From an uncultured Verrucomicrobiae bacterium (GTDB lineage Bacteria > Verrucomicrobiota > Verrucomicrobiia > Chthoniobacterales > UBA10450), in NCBI GenBank assembly GCA_963726745.1, contig CAVSDR010000005.1, positions 96,001 to 160,000 of the forward strand: 64,000 nucleotides of DNA, read 5' to 3'. The notes beneath the pieces are model-generated. The model worked only from the letters and a program-made list of their open reading frames with translations, was not told the DNA's origin and did not search any database. The position numbers and the translations under genes were made by a program. Positions 1 to 9,948 of this stretch are shown one piece after another. Within the stretch, counting starts at the first letter, position 1, and each line of letters opens with the position of its first letter.

Positions 1-762
1 TCGGGCAACGAGGTCGTGGCCGCGGCGACGATTCCGCCGGTAGGCGCGTAGGTCAGCCCCTTGAGCGTGATCAACGAGCGCGTGACTGCTTCCCGCCATT
101 CGCCCTGGTGGCCGCAACGCGCGGCCCACTCGGTCCAATAGCTTTCGGTTTCGCGCAGCGCGTGCTCGGGATGGACCCGTCGCGGCGGCGCTTCGTAGGA
201 GCGATACCAGGTGAGGACAAAAGGGACGCGCTCACCCGCTTTCACGGTGAACTCGGCGACCGTGCTCAAGTTTTCCCCGCGCGTTTTCACCTCGGTGTGC
301 AGCAGGAGCGCGTTCGGCCCGCCGATCGCTTCCAGCCCGCCGTGATGCCGGCGGACCCACGGGACGATTTGCCCGTAGTCGAAACGGATGAGCAGCTCCG
401 TGGTCATTTTCACCTCGCCGCGCAGTCCTTCGACGATCCGGACAATGTCGGGGTTTGTCCCGCGTGGCGGCATGAAGTCGATCACCCGCACCGCACCCTC
501 GGCGGTCTCGAATTCCGTTTCGAGAATGAGCGTCTCGGGACGGTAGCGGCGGGATTTGCGCGGTGACTTTGCCAGCAGGATGCAACTTCCAGCAGCCGTC
601 TTTTTTCGTCCCGAGGAGCGCCGCGAAACACGAGGGCGAATCGAAGCGCGGGAAGCAGAGCCAATCGATCGAGCCGTCGCGGCTGACGAGCGCGCCCGAC
701 TGGGTGTCGCTGAGAAAGGCGTAATCTTCGATCGGCGGTTGGAGGTCGTCAGATGCGTGCAC
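1..762 (-). CDS. Glycoside hydrolase family 15 (glucoamylase/trehalase-like), 3' partial, frameshift near 560
   Basis: N-terminus IEDYAFLSDTQSGALVSRDGSIDWLCFPRFDSPSCFAALLG. After a frame change it continues RRYRPETLILETEFET...VIDFMPPR...RSLITLKGLTYAPTGGIVAAATTSLP and runs off the window edge. GTG start at 762 is inferred. Confidence 0.85.
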
Positions 763-811
763 GCTTCCGAAGATGACCGCGAGGCGCACGTCGTCCACCC
801 TTGAAAACGCC

Positions 812-1390
812 ATGCCGACACGCCGCCGCCAAATTCACCCGGAGCACCTCTTCGCTCTGCGCGACCGCTATGTCCGGCTCGCGGGCGAAATTGTCTCCGC
901 GGTGGCGGAGAATCACCCGGACCCGCAAAAAAACGACCACGTTTGGATCAATCTGCGCGCGGGTGCAGCTGGTGAACTGCAAATTTCCGTGAGCACCGCT
1001 TCGCGGCCAAGCGCCGTCGCGGGTTTCGATCCGCGCGTGCGCCTGGCAATTTTGCCGTCGACTTGGCGGGTGCTGCCGCCGCCGGGCGTCGCGCTGGCGG
1101 AAGGACTGGATTACCGCGCGCTCACGGCCACCAATCCGGAGCTGCGTTTCGTCGCGCAGTCGCGGCCGGAGTTGGAAAAGTTGCTGCTCGAAAAAGCGCG
1201 GAGCGCGATTTTCGCCGAGGCCTGGGGAGAATTTTATCTGCGGGGACATCCCGGGGTGCACCAAATCCACAGCCGGCGCGCGAGCTCGGCGGTCCCGCGC
1301 GACCTCGTCGGCCAGGACGGCGCGCTGCAGTTTTACTTCCCGGAAAATCGGCGCGAGCTGCTCCTGTTTCAGTTTGCCGGCCAACTGTGA
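812..1390 (+). CDS. Hypothetical protein, DUF2278/YukJ-like
   Basis: C-terminal GVHQIHS...QDGALQFYF...LLLFQFAGQ resembles the GIHDIH...DGAL...FxxQ pattern of DUF2278. ATG at 812. Confidence 0.5.
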   Translation: MPTRRRQIHPEHLFALRDRYVRLAGEIVSAVAENHPDPQKNDHVWINLRAGAAGELQISVSTASRPSAVAGFDPRVRLAILPSTWRVLPPPGVALAEGLDYRALTATNPELRFVAQSRPELEKLLLEKARSAIFAEAWGEFYLRGHPGVHQIHSRRASSAVPRDLVGQDGALQFYFPENRRELLLFQFAGQL

Positions 1391-1395
1391 CCGGC

Positions 1396-2094
1396 TCAGG
1401 AAATGGCGCGCGCGATCAGGTAGGCCGCGGTCGCCGCGAGGCCGCCGATGAGCGCCGTCTGGAAGGCGCTCTTGATCTTCGAGACGCCGGTGAAACGGCC
1501 TTTGACGAAGCCGAAAACAAGCAGCGCGATCAGGGTCACGAGGGCGGAGAACGGGAGCGCCGCGCGCGCATCGGTCTCGAGCAGGTAGGGCAGGAGCGGA
1601 ATGGTGCCGCCGACGATGTAGGCGCCGGCGATCGTGAGCGCGCTTTGCAAGGCGCGGCCTGGCTCCGGTTTCTCCAGGCCGAGCTCGAAGCGCATCATGA
1701 AATCGACCCACGCCTCCGGCCGCCGGCTGAGCGCCTCCACCACCGGCGCAGCTTCGGCACTCGTTAGGCCGTAGGTCATGAAAACTTCCGCGACCTCGGC
1801 CTTTTCGACCTCGGCCTTCTCGACCACTTCCTGCCGCTCGCGCGCCAGTTCGCTCGCGTAGTGCTCGGCTTCGCTGCGCGCGGCGAGGAATCCGCCCAGG
1901 CCCATCGCGATCGAGCCGGCGGCGATCTCGGCAAAGCCAGCCGTGATCACCAGACGCGAGGACGCGATCGCGCCGGTGAGCCCGGCGGCGAGCGCGAACG
2001 GCACCGTGAGGCCATCGGCCATGCCGATGACGACGTCGCGCACGCTCGGGCCGGCGGTGAAATGCTGTTCGAGATGCGGCGTGGTGGAACTCAT
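1396..2094 (-). CDS. VIT1/CCC1 family iron/manganese transporter
   Basis: RDVVIGMADGLTVPFALAAG, AEIAAGSIAMGLGGFLA, Glu-rich cytosolic domain, multiple TM helices. Confidence 0.93.
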   Translation of the reverse strand: MSSTTPHLEQHFTAGPSVRDVVIGMADGLTVPFALAAGLTGAIASSRLVITAGFAEIAAGSIAMGLGGFLAARSEAEHYASELARERQEVVEKAEVEKAEVAEVFMTYGLTSAEAAPVVEALSRRPEAWVDFMMRFELGLEKPEPGRALQSALTIAGAYIVGGTIPLLPYLLETDARAALPFSALVTLIALLVFGFVKGRFTGVSKIKSAFQTALIGGLAATAAYLIARAIS

Positions 2095-3228
2095 GGCACA
2101 GGGGATTCGTTTGCGAGGCCGAGCGCGGCCTCTGCGTTGCGGGCAAAGCGCAGGCCGCGGAGGCGCGGGGCTGCGGGGAAGTTTTTCGCGAGCGCGAGGA
2201 ATTGGAATTTCATCCCGAGGAATCCCGGATGCAGCAGGGTTTGCAGACCGCGGGTGAGCGCCGGGTCGCTTGCGACCTTTTCATCGAGCAGGCCGGTGAG
2301 GAAATGATGCTGGTCGGTGAAACCGGCGAGCGCGCAGCCGTGCGCCAACGCCTGCTCCGCCAGGCTGGTCCACTCGACATGCGCGGTGAGATCGGCGCGG
2401 CCGGGATGCGCCAGCGGATCAGGCAGCACTTTGTGGCCGGCGTAACTTTGGAGCGTGCCGCGCGTGCGGTGGGGCGCGTAGAAGTCGGCGCGCGGGAAGC
2501 CGTAATCCGCCACCAAGACCACGCCTTGCGTGAGAATCTTGGACAGCGACTCGATCCAACGCAGCGCCGCCAGGTTGACCTCGGTCTCGTAGCCGGCGGG
2601 AAGCGGCTGCGGGATGAGCTCGAGCCGCGCGGCCAGCGCAGCATTCGTTAGGGGAAGATCGACGAATTCGCCCGCGGCATCGACGCCGCGTTCGCGCCAT
2701 TCCGTGCCGGTCCAGCGGACGAGGTGGACCGGGAAAGCATCGAGCAGTTCGTTCGAAAAATGCACCCCGCGGAAAGGCTCCTCGAGCGTTTCCTGCCAGG
2801 TGATCTTGCTGGCTAATTCCCGCAGCCGCGTCTGCTGCCGCGCGCGCAGGACCGCGAAGGGCTCGACAATTCGGTAGCGCAGCGCGGCGAAAAACTCCGG
2901 CCACTCCTGCGCCGCGGCCCGCAGCGCATCGTGCGCAAAGGCGCCGTCGTGCGCCCCTTGTTCCACGATCGTGAAATCGGTCGGCCGCTCGAGTAGTTCC
3001 CAGATGTCGGCGAACTGCGCCGCCAGCAGCCGCCCGAAGACCGGGCCCACGCTCACGCTCGTGAAGTAATCGCCCCCCCGCCCCACGCGTGCGCGCCCGG
3101 AGCTGTAGTAGCCGTGTTCCGGATGGTACAGAGCCGTCGCCATGTAGTCGGCAAACGGGAGCGCGCCGCCGCGCTGCGCGATCTCCGCCGCGAGGGAGGC
3201 CCGCAGCGCGGGCTCGGCGTTTTGCCAT
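2091..3228 (-). CDS. SAM-dependent methyltransferase, MidA/NDUFAF7 family
   Basis: FADYMATALYHPEHGYY, GDYFTSVSV, SNELLDAFP, ADLTAHV motifs. Likely ATG at 3228 with a 1-nt indel in the T run at about 3220; the ORF-track start is 3251. Confidence 0.88.
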
Positions 3229-3299
3229 TTGGATTTTCGGGGGAGTTGCACCTAAGTTGCGCGCGGCCCCACAGTTTCCCTCTCCGGACTTCACCCGCA

Positions 3300-5813
3300 A
3301 TGTCAGTCTCTTTCCCGCCGCGCCGTCAGCGCGACGAGTATGTCGAATACCGGCCGCCCTGGTATGCCCGGCCGCACTTCTACGTGCCTGCGGGCGTGCT
3401 TCTCGCGCTGCTCGTGGGCGCGGTGATTTATCTCTTTGTGCTCACGGCCGACCTCACTCGGCAGGCCGAGGCGTATGACTTGAAGGAGCTGGACCAGATG
3501 GAATCAGCCAGCGTGATCGTGGACCGGAACGACAAGATTTTCGGCCAGATCTACGTGGAGAATCGCGAGACCGTGCCCTATGACCAGCTCCCGCGCGACC
3601 TGGTGAACGCAGTCGTGGCGATGGAGGACAACAAGTTCTACCAACACAGCGGCTATGACTTGATGGGGATCATTCGCGCGGCCTTGAAGAACTTCACCGC
3701 CGGCCACGTGCGCCAGGGTGCCAGCACCATCACCCAGCAGCTGGCGCGCAATACTTTTGAACTCAAGGAGCGCACCTTCCGCCGGAAATTCGTGGAGCTT
3801 TTCCTGGCGCGCCGGATCGAGGACGCGATCGGCAAACAAAAGATCATGGAGCTTTACCTCAACCGGATTTACTTCGGCGCCGGGCTCTATGGTGCGGAGG
3901 CGGCGGCGCGCGGCTACTTTGGGAAACCCGCGCGCGAAATGACGCTGGCGGAAAGCGCTACGCTCGCCGGCTTGATCAAGAGCCCAAACCGGCTCTCGCC
4001 CTGGACAGACAAGGAAGCTTCGCGCGAGTCGCGCAACGTCGCGCTTTCGCGCATGCGCGACCTGGGGTTTATCTCCGCGGAGAAAATGGCGGCGGCGCAA
4101 GCGGAGCCGGTCGTGACCGGGAGCCGGCAAAGCGCGCAGGGCCAGACCTACGCGGTGGAATATATCCGCCAGCAGGTGATCGCGGCGGTCGGCTGGGACA
4201 AGGCGATGAACGAAGGCTATCGCATCCGCACGACGATCGATGCCGACCTGCAGCAGACCGCGGAGGAATCGCTCCGGCGCCATCTCGCGGAGGTCGAGCG
4301 CACCCCGGGTTACAAGCACGAGACCTACGAAAGCTACGCGGCGCATTTCAAGGTCGCGAAGTCGAAAGGCCAGCAGGGCAAGGAGCCGACACCGGAGTAT
4401 CTCCAGGGCGCGGTGATCGCGCTGGATAACAAAACGGGCGGCATTCTCGCGCTCGTGGGCGGGCGCGATTTCGAGCACAGCCAATACGATCGCGCGCTCC
4501 AGGCGCGACGCCCGGCGGGCACGGCCTTCACGCCTTTCATGTATGCGGCCGCGTTCGAGAAAGGGCTCTACCCCGGCACGGTGGTGCAGGATTCCGCGCT
4601 GGATAATCGCGTGGTTATGATCGGCGGCACTACCGGCATCCTGGGCGAGTGGGGCCCGGAGAATCCCGAGAACCGCTACGAAGGCGCGATGACCGCACGC
4701 GAGGCGCTGGCTAAATCGAAAAACGGCGCGGCCGTGCGGCTCGGCTTGCAGATCGGGGTGGACCCGGTTTTGCAGTTGGTGAAGGCGGCCGGGATCAAGT
4801 CGCCCATGCGTCCTTACCCGGCGACTTTCCTCGGCAGCAGTGAAGTGACGCTGGCCGAACTGGCCCTGGCGTACACCAGTTTCCCGAACGGCGGCACGCG
4901 GCCGAACACGCCCTTCATCCTCGAGCGAATCGAGGAAAAAGACGGCACCGTCGTCTGGCAATCGCGGCACGACAGCCGGCCGCTCCCAGTGATGAAAAGC
5001 GCGACCGCCTTCGAAGTGCATTCGTGCCTGGTTGACGCGCTCGAGAAAGGGACCGGAGCGGCTGCGCGCACGCGGCTCGGGCTGGCGCAATTTCCCGCCG
5101 CGGGGAAGACCGGCACGGCCTACGATTTCACTGAGGCGCTTTTCGCGGGTTACGACAGCAGCGTCACCTGCGCGGTCCGCGCCGGCTTCGACAAGCCGCA
5201 GCAAATCTTCCGCGGCGCCTTCGGCAACCTGGTCGCGCTTCCGGTGTGGGTGGACGTAATGAACGCCGCGGCCCGGCAATATCCCGCAAAGGAACTCGCG
5301 CAGCCGGCCGACGTTTTGACGGTCGAGATCTGCTCGAAAAGCGGCCTGCTCGCGACCGACAAGTGCGGCGAGTTCGCCTATCGCGAGCTGGCCACGAAAG
5401 AACAGATGCCGACTGAACCTTGCAACGTGCACGGCGACGCGCGCACGCGCATTGTCCGCGACCTGCCGGAAGCCGGGGTGCCGCGCGCCGAGCTCGCGGT
5501 CGATACCTCTCAGGTTCACCCGGTGGCGGTGAAAGCGCCGACTCTCCTGGCCGACAATGATCCTTACAACGCGGTCCATTCCACCGTGAAACCGCCGAAG
5601 CCCGAAGGTGCTGAGGACGAGGTCAAGGCGGCGCTGCCGGTGACCAGGGAAGACAAGCTCAAGGCGGCGGAACCGAGCCCGAGCGAGGAGACGGACGAGC
5701 CGGTTTTGCGCGCGCAGCCGGTAGACCCGGCGGACCAGGCGGAGCCGACGCCAGCGGGCGAAGAACCGATTCGGCGCGCCGTTCCGGTGCCGCCGCGGCG
5801 TCGTGGCGCCTAA
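3300..5813 (+). CDS. Class A penicillin-binding protein (PBP1A family transglycosylase/transpeptidase)
   Basis: N-terminal TM; GT51 motifs EDNKFYQHSG, GASTITQQL, RK..E, YLNRIYFG; SKN and KTG motifs. The SxxK motif reads GTAFTP, so the transpeptidase site may be degenerate. Confidence 0.9.
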   Translation: MSVSFPPRRQRDEYVEYRPPWYARPHFYVPAGVLLALLVGAVIYLFVLTADLTRQAEAYDLKELDQMESASVIVDRNDKIFGQIYVENRETVPYDQLPRDLVNAVVAMEDNKFYQHSGYDLMGIIRAALKNFTAGHVRQGASTITQQLARNTFELKERTFRRKFVELFLARRIEDAIGKQKIMELYLNRIYFGAGLYGAEAAARGYFGKPAREMTLAESATLAGLIKSPNRLSPWTDKEASRESRNVALSRMRDLGFISAEKMAAAQAEPVVTGSRQSAQGQTYAVEYIRQQVIAAVGWDKAMNEGYRIRTTIDADLQQTAEESLRRHLAEVERTPGYKHETYESYAAHFKVAKSKGQQGKEPTPEYLQGAVIALDNKTGGILALVGGRDFEHSQYDRALQARRPAGTAFTPFMYAAAFEKGLYPGTVVQDSALDNRVVMIGGTTGILGEWGPENPENRYEGAMTAREALAKSKNGAAVRLGLQIGVDPVLQLVKAAGIKSPMRPYPATFLGSSEVTLAELALAYTSFPNGGTRPNTPFILERIEEKDGTVVWQSRHDSRPLPVMKSATAFEVHSCLVDALEKGTGAAARTRLGLAQFPAAGKTGTAYDFTEALFAGYDSSVTCAVRAGFDKPQQIFRGAFGNLVALPVWVDVMNAAARQYPAKELAQPADVLTVEICSKSGLLATDKCGEFAYRELATKEQMPTEPCNVHGDARTRIVRDLPEAGVPRAELAVDTSQVHPVAVKAPTLLADNDPYNAVHSTVKPPKPEGAEDEVKAALPVTREDKLKAAEPSPSEETDEPVLRAQPVDPADQAEPTPAGEEPIRRAVPVPPRRRGA

Positions 5814-5816
5814 CGA

Positions 5817-6809
5817 ATGGCCTTCCGGCTCTCGGTCTTGAATCCCGGCGGGCGCGACCCGGACCAGGATTTTGCCGGCACGCTCGCGGGCCCGGAGGCG
5901 CCGGGCCACGCGCCGGTGAATTTTCACGCCTACGCGGCCTGCACCGGCGGGGGTTTTCTGCGGGAAACAGCCAGCGCTTTGACCGCGCGGCAGCCGGTGC
6001 TCCTGCTCCTGCGCGGCGACTTCCGGGAAGCGCAGCGCGCGCTCGCGAAGCTGCAAGCCGCCGGCCTGAAAGTGGCGGTCTCGCTCAAGGAAACGGGGCT
6101 GCACCAGATCGCCGCGCAATTGGCCAATCGCGGGCGGCTCCGGCGCTTTCTCGAGCTGGTCCGCGCAGCCGATGGCTGCCTCGCGCCCACGCCGGAGGCG
6201 GCGGATATTTATCGTTCACTCCGCGGAAGCGGCGGCGGCGTGGCCTTCATCCCGACGCCTTACCCGCTCGAGGAAGCGCGCTGGGATTTCTCACGGCCGG
6301 TGGCGGAGCGGCAGGGAATTTTTCTCGGCACGCGCGAGTGGGACGTGCCTTCGCGGAACCACTTTGCCGCGCTCGCGCTTGCCCGGTCGCTCGAGGTGCC
6401 GGTGACGGTTTACGATTTCGCCGGGCGCAAGGGGAAGCACTTGTTAGGCGAATTAGGCGGCAACTTCCGCGTGCTCACGAAACGCGGGTCGTATGCCGAC
6501 TATCTCCGGGTGGTCGCGCAGCACCGGATCGTCCTGCAAATGGACACCAGCTTTGTTCCCGGACAGGTCGCGGGCGATGCGCTCCTTTGCCGCGTTCCCT
6601 GCGTCGGCGGGAATGGCGCGATCGACCGGCTGGGGCACCCGGAGACGTGCGGCGCCGGGCGTTCCGGCGATGAGCTGCGCGCTATTGCGCAAACGCTCCT
6701 GACGGATGACGCGGCCTACGGGGCGGCGGTAACGAAGTTGTCGGCTAACGAGCGGTTGGGCTTCAACGCCGTGGCGGGTGAGCTCGAGAAATTCTACGCC
6801 GCGCTCTAA
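5817..6809 (+). CDS. Glycosyltransferase-like (GT-B fold) hypothetical protein
   Basis: C-terminal VPGQVAGDALLCRVPCVGG resembles the GT4 nucleotide-sugar-binding segment; 3 nt downstream of PBP1A. Confidence 0.55.
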   Translation: MAFRLSVLNPGGRDPDQDFAGTLAGPEAPGHAPVNFHAYAACTGGGFLRETASALTARQPVLLLLRGDFREAQRALAKLQAAGLKVAVSLKETGLHQIAAQLANRGRLRRFLELVRAADGCLAPTPEAADIYRSLRGSGGGVAFIPTPYPLEEARWDFSRPVAERQGIFLGTREWDVPSRNHFAALALARSLEVPVTVYDFAGRKGKHLLGELGGNFRVLTKRGSYADYLRVVAQHRIVLQMDTSFVPGQVAGDALLCRVPCVGGNGAIDRLGHPETCGAGRSGDELRAIAQTLLTDDAAYGAAVTKLSANERLGFNAVAGELEKFYAAL

Positions 6810-7963
6810 CGCGTCACTGCATCGCTTCGAAGTAAATTTCCTCGAGCCGCCGGACCTGGCGATTGCTGCGCGAAATTTTCCTGCACCGCCTGCGCTCCAC
6901 CCTCCGCGAGGCGGGTCAGGCGCTCGGGATTAGCCGCGGCGGCCAGGAGCTCGCTCGCCAGTGCCGCGTGATCGCGTTCGGCCACCAAGATCCCGCTGAC
7001 GTCATGCTCGACCGCCTCCGGAATCCCGCCGTGCCTGGTCGCGAAAACCGGCAGCCCGCTGGCCATCGCCTCGAGCATCGCGTTCGGCACGCCTTCCTGG
7101 TTACCGTCGGCCGCGGTCTCGCTGGGGTGGAGGAAAAGGTGCGCGCGTTCGAAGAGTGCGCGCAGCGGCTGGAAGCCGGGAAAATGCACCCGCCCGGCCA
7201 CGCCCAACTCGCTGGCTAATTCCCGCAGCTCCGCCAGCATCGGCCCGTCGCCCGCGATGGTGAACTCGGCTTGCGGATACGTTTTCGAAAATTCGGCAAA
7301 GGCGCGCAGGCTGGTGCGCAGGCCTTTCTTGGAAATGAGCCGGCAAGCCTGGAGCAATTGCCAGCGACCATCGCGCGGCCACGCGCGCGCGTGGAATGGA
7401 AATTCCTCCAGCGGAATGCCGGTGCGCTGGAGGCGAATCTTCGCTTCCGGGCAGCCCAGCCTAACGAGAGCTTCGGCGAGCGATTGCGAACGCACGAGCA
7501 CAAGCCGCGCAGCCGCGAGCATCTCCGCGGTCGCGCGGCGGTAGGCCGGCTTGTCGAGATCGACACCGACATCGGCGCCATGAAAGGAAACCACGCTCGG
7601 CCGTTCCCACCTTTTCAGCAGCGGGAGCAGGTGCACCGCGATGTGGCCGAAGTAAACATGCAGCAGGCGGGCGTCGGTTTCCCGCAACACCGCGAGCAAG
7701 CGCTCCTGCTCCCCGCGCGAGATTTGCCAGGGCGTGTCGCGCAGTTGCCGATACCAAATGCGCCGGAGGAATTGCGTGCGCGGCCGCGGGACGATCCGCA
7801 GGTCGGCGAAGGGGAAGCGCGCGGCCTCCTCGCGTTTCCGCGTGAGCACGAACGGCCGGACGCGCTCGAGCGCGGTGATTTGCCGGTAGATGTGGAGCAT
7901 CTCCGGCTTGAGGAAGGTCGCGCAATAGGAAGCGACGACTGGCCGTTCGTCGCGCGCGTTCAT
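6806..7963 (-). CDS. Glycosyltransferase family 4 (WcaL-like); probable frameshift near 6860, true stop probably at 6814
   Basis: VSFHGAD, RLISKKG, HPSETAADGNQEGVPNAMLEAMASGLPVFATRHGGIPE. The alternative frame ends VRRLEEIYFEAMQ*. Confidence 0.9.
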   Translation of the reverse strand: MNARDERPVVASYCATFLKPEMLHIYRQITALERVRPFVLTRKREEAARFPFADLRIVPRPRTQFLRRIWYRQLRDTPWQISRGEQERLLAVLRETDARLLHVYFGHIAVHLLPLLKRWERPSVVSFHGADVGVDLDKPAYRRATAEMLAAARLVLVRSQSLAEALVRLGCPEAKIRLQRTGIPLEEFPFHARAWPRDGRWQLLQACRLISKKGLRTSLRAFAEFSKTYPQAEFTIAGDGPMLAELRELASELGVAGRVHFPGFQPLRALFERAHLFLHPSETAADGNQEGVPNAMLEAMASGLPVFATRHGGIPEAVEHDVSGILVAERDHAALASELLAAAANPERLTRLAEGGAQAVQENFAQQSPGPAARGNLLRSDAVTR

Positions 7964-7973
7964 CGCGCCGGGC

Positions 7974-8282
7974 TTACCAGACGATCCCGACGAGGATGAT
8001 GCCGGTGACGCGCGAGGGATTCGTCGGATCGAAGGTCACGGTGTCCTGCGGGGCGGCGTAATATTTCTGCGGTGCACGCGGGTTGAGCATCTGCACCGGG
8101 TTGCCGCGCGCGGCACGAGGAAGGGCGCCGATGACGCCGCGGCGCTGCAGCGGGATGTCCCGTTGTGAGCTGCGCTCCTCGGCCCGGGCGCGATTGATCG
8201 GCGCGCGGAAATTTTGGCCCTGGGCGGCGGCGCTGCCGAGACCGGCGGCGAGGAGAAAGGCGGCGAGGAAAAGTGTTTTCAT
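7974..8282 (-). CDS. Small secreted hypothetical protein
   Basis: Signal peptide MKTLFLAAFLLAAGLGSAAA; ends VTGIILVGIVW. Confidence 0.7.
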   Translation of the reverse strand: MKTLFLAAFLLAAGLGSAAAQGQNFRAPINRARAEERSSQRDIPLQRRGVIGALPRAARGNPVQMLNPRAPQKYYAAPQDTVTFDPTNPSRVTGIILVGIVW

Positions 8283-8357
8283 AGGTCGTGCAGGTGACGC
8301 GAGACGGCGACGCAAGTTCTTGCCGCTCGATTCGCTCCGGCGCAGTCTTACGCGGCG

Positions 8358-9329
8358 ATGGACTATCTTGAAAAGGGGAAACGCGTCCTGGAGATGGAAA
8401 TCTTCGAGCTCCAGCGGCTGCGCGAGCGGCTCGATGGCGCGTTCGTGCGCGCGGTGGAGCTGATCAAAAGCGCGGTGGAAGCGCGTGGGAAAGTGGTCGT
8501 GCTCGGCGTGGGCAAGAGCGGGCATGTAGGCAGCAAGATCGCCGCGACCCTGACCAGCACCGGCTCCCCCGCGGTGGTGCTCGATTCGCTCAACGCGATG
8601 CATGGCGACCTCGGGATGGTGGCCGATGGCGACGTCGTCCTGGCGCTGAGCGCAAGCGGCGAGACCGAGGAGCTGCTCCGGATTTTGCCAGCGCTTTCAC
8701 GCTTCCAAGTGCAGATCATTGCGCTCTGCGGCGGCCGGGAATCGACCCTGGCGAAGAACTGCGACGTCTTCCTCGACGTGAATATCGAGCAGGAAGCCTG
8801 TCCCTTAAACCTCGCGCCGACCTCGAGCACGACGGTGATGCTCGCGCTGGGCGACGCGCTCGCGATGGTGCTGCTGGAGGCGCGCGGTTTCCAAAAGGAA
8901 GACTTTGCGCGTTTTCATCCGGGCGGGATGATCGGCCGCAGCCTGCTCGTGCGCGTGCACCAGATCATGCGTCCGCGCTCGGCCCTGGCGCTGGTGCCGG
9001 ACGATGCGCCGGTGCGGGTGGCGCTCAAGGCGATGACCGATGTGCGCGCGGGCGCGGCGGTGATCGCCGATGCCGCGGGGAAATTAGTCGGCATTTTCAC
9101 GCACGGCGACTTCGTGCGGCATTACCAGACCGACCCGCGAGTGGGCGAGCGCCTGGTGGCTGACCTGATGACGCTCCATCCAGTGACGGTGCAGCAGGAC
9201 CGGCTGGCAGTGGAAGTGTTGAACCTGCTCGAGCGCCATCGGATCGATGACCTCGTGGTGGTGGACGAAGCGGGCACGCCCGTCGGCCTGGTCGACTCGC
9301 AGGACCTGACCAAGCTGAAGTTGCTCTGA
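8358..9329 (+). CDS. kdsD: Arabinose-5-phosphate isomerase (KdsD/KpsF/GutQ; SIS + 2 CBS)
   Basis: GVGKSGHVG, HGDLG, EACPLNLAPTSSTT, FARFHPGG, C-terminal CBS pair. Confidence 0.93.
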   Translation: MDYLEKGKRVLEMEIFELQRLRERLDGAFVRAVELIKSAVEARGKVVVLGVGKSGHVGSKIAATLTSTGSPAVVLDSLNAMHGDLGMVADGDVVLALSASGETEELLRILPALSRFQVQIIALCGGRESTLAKNCDVFLDVNIEQEACPLNLAPTSSTTVMLALGDALAMVLLEARGFQKEDFARFHPGGMIGRSLLVRVHQIMRPRSALALVPDDAPVRVALKAMTDVRAGAAVIADAAGKLVGIFTHGDFVRHYQTDPRVGERLVADLMTLHPVTVQQDRLAVEVLNLLERHRIDDLVVVDEAGTPVGLVDSQDLTKLKLL

Positions 9330-9360
9330 TGGGCTGCCGGTTGTAAGACAGACGCTCTTT

Positions 9361-9918
9361 ATGGCAGCAGCGAACGACCTTCGAAAAGGACAGGCGATCA
9401 AATACAACGGCAACGTCGCGATCGTGCTCGATGTGCAGCACCGCACGCCGGGCAACTTGCGCGCCTTCGTCCAGGCGATCATCCGTTACATCAACACCGG
9501 CAAAAGCGCGGACGTGCGTTTCGGTTCGACCGACAAGATCGAGCTGGTGGATGTGAACCGGACGAACCTCGAGTTCTCCTACAAGGACGGGACCGGCTAC
9601 CATTTCATGGATCCGAGCAGCTACGAGACGATCACCCTGCAGGAGAGCCTGCTCGGCGAGGCGAAGGATTACCTGGTGGAAAATCTCTCCGTGGAAGTGC
9701 TCTACACTGAGGGCAAGGCGGTGCAGGTGGACCTGCCGTCGTCGGTGCACTTGAAGGTGGTGGAAGCGCCTGAGGGCGTGCGCGGCGATACCGCCTCGAA
9801 TGTGACCAAGCCGGCGGTGCTCGAGACCGGCAAGACGGTCAACGTCCCGCTCTTCATCAAGGAAGGCGAAGTGATCAAGATCGACACGCGCACCGGCAAC
9901 TACATGGGCCGCGCTTAA
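9361..9918 (+). CDS. efp: Translation elongation factor P
   Basis: HRTPGNLRAFVQ, PEGVRGDTA, LETGKTVNVPLFIKEGEVIKIDTRTG. Confidence 0.96.
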   Translation: MAAANDLRKGQAIKYNGNVAIVLDVQHRTPGNLRAFVQAIIRYINTGKSADVRFGSTDKIELVDVNRTNLEFSYKDGTGYHFMDPSSYETITLQESLLGEAKDYLVENLSVEVLYTEGKAVQVDLPSSVHLKVVEAPEGVRGDTASNVTKPAVLETGKTVNVPLFIKEGEVIKIDTRTGNYMGRA

Positions 9919-9948
9919 CCGGCGCGCATCCGCAGCTTTTCCCCGAGC

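Noticed and set aside
3504..6119. Long antisense ORFs (871 aa here; also 26187..28220, 30213..32798, 15863..17422 and others)
   Set aside because: Shadow frames of high-GC genes with no recognisable motifs; the opposite strand carries clear protein families.
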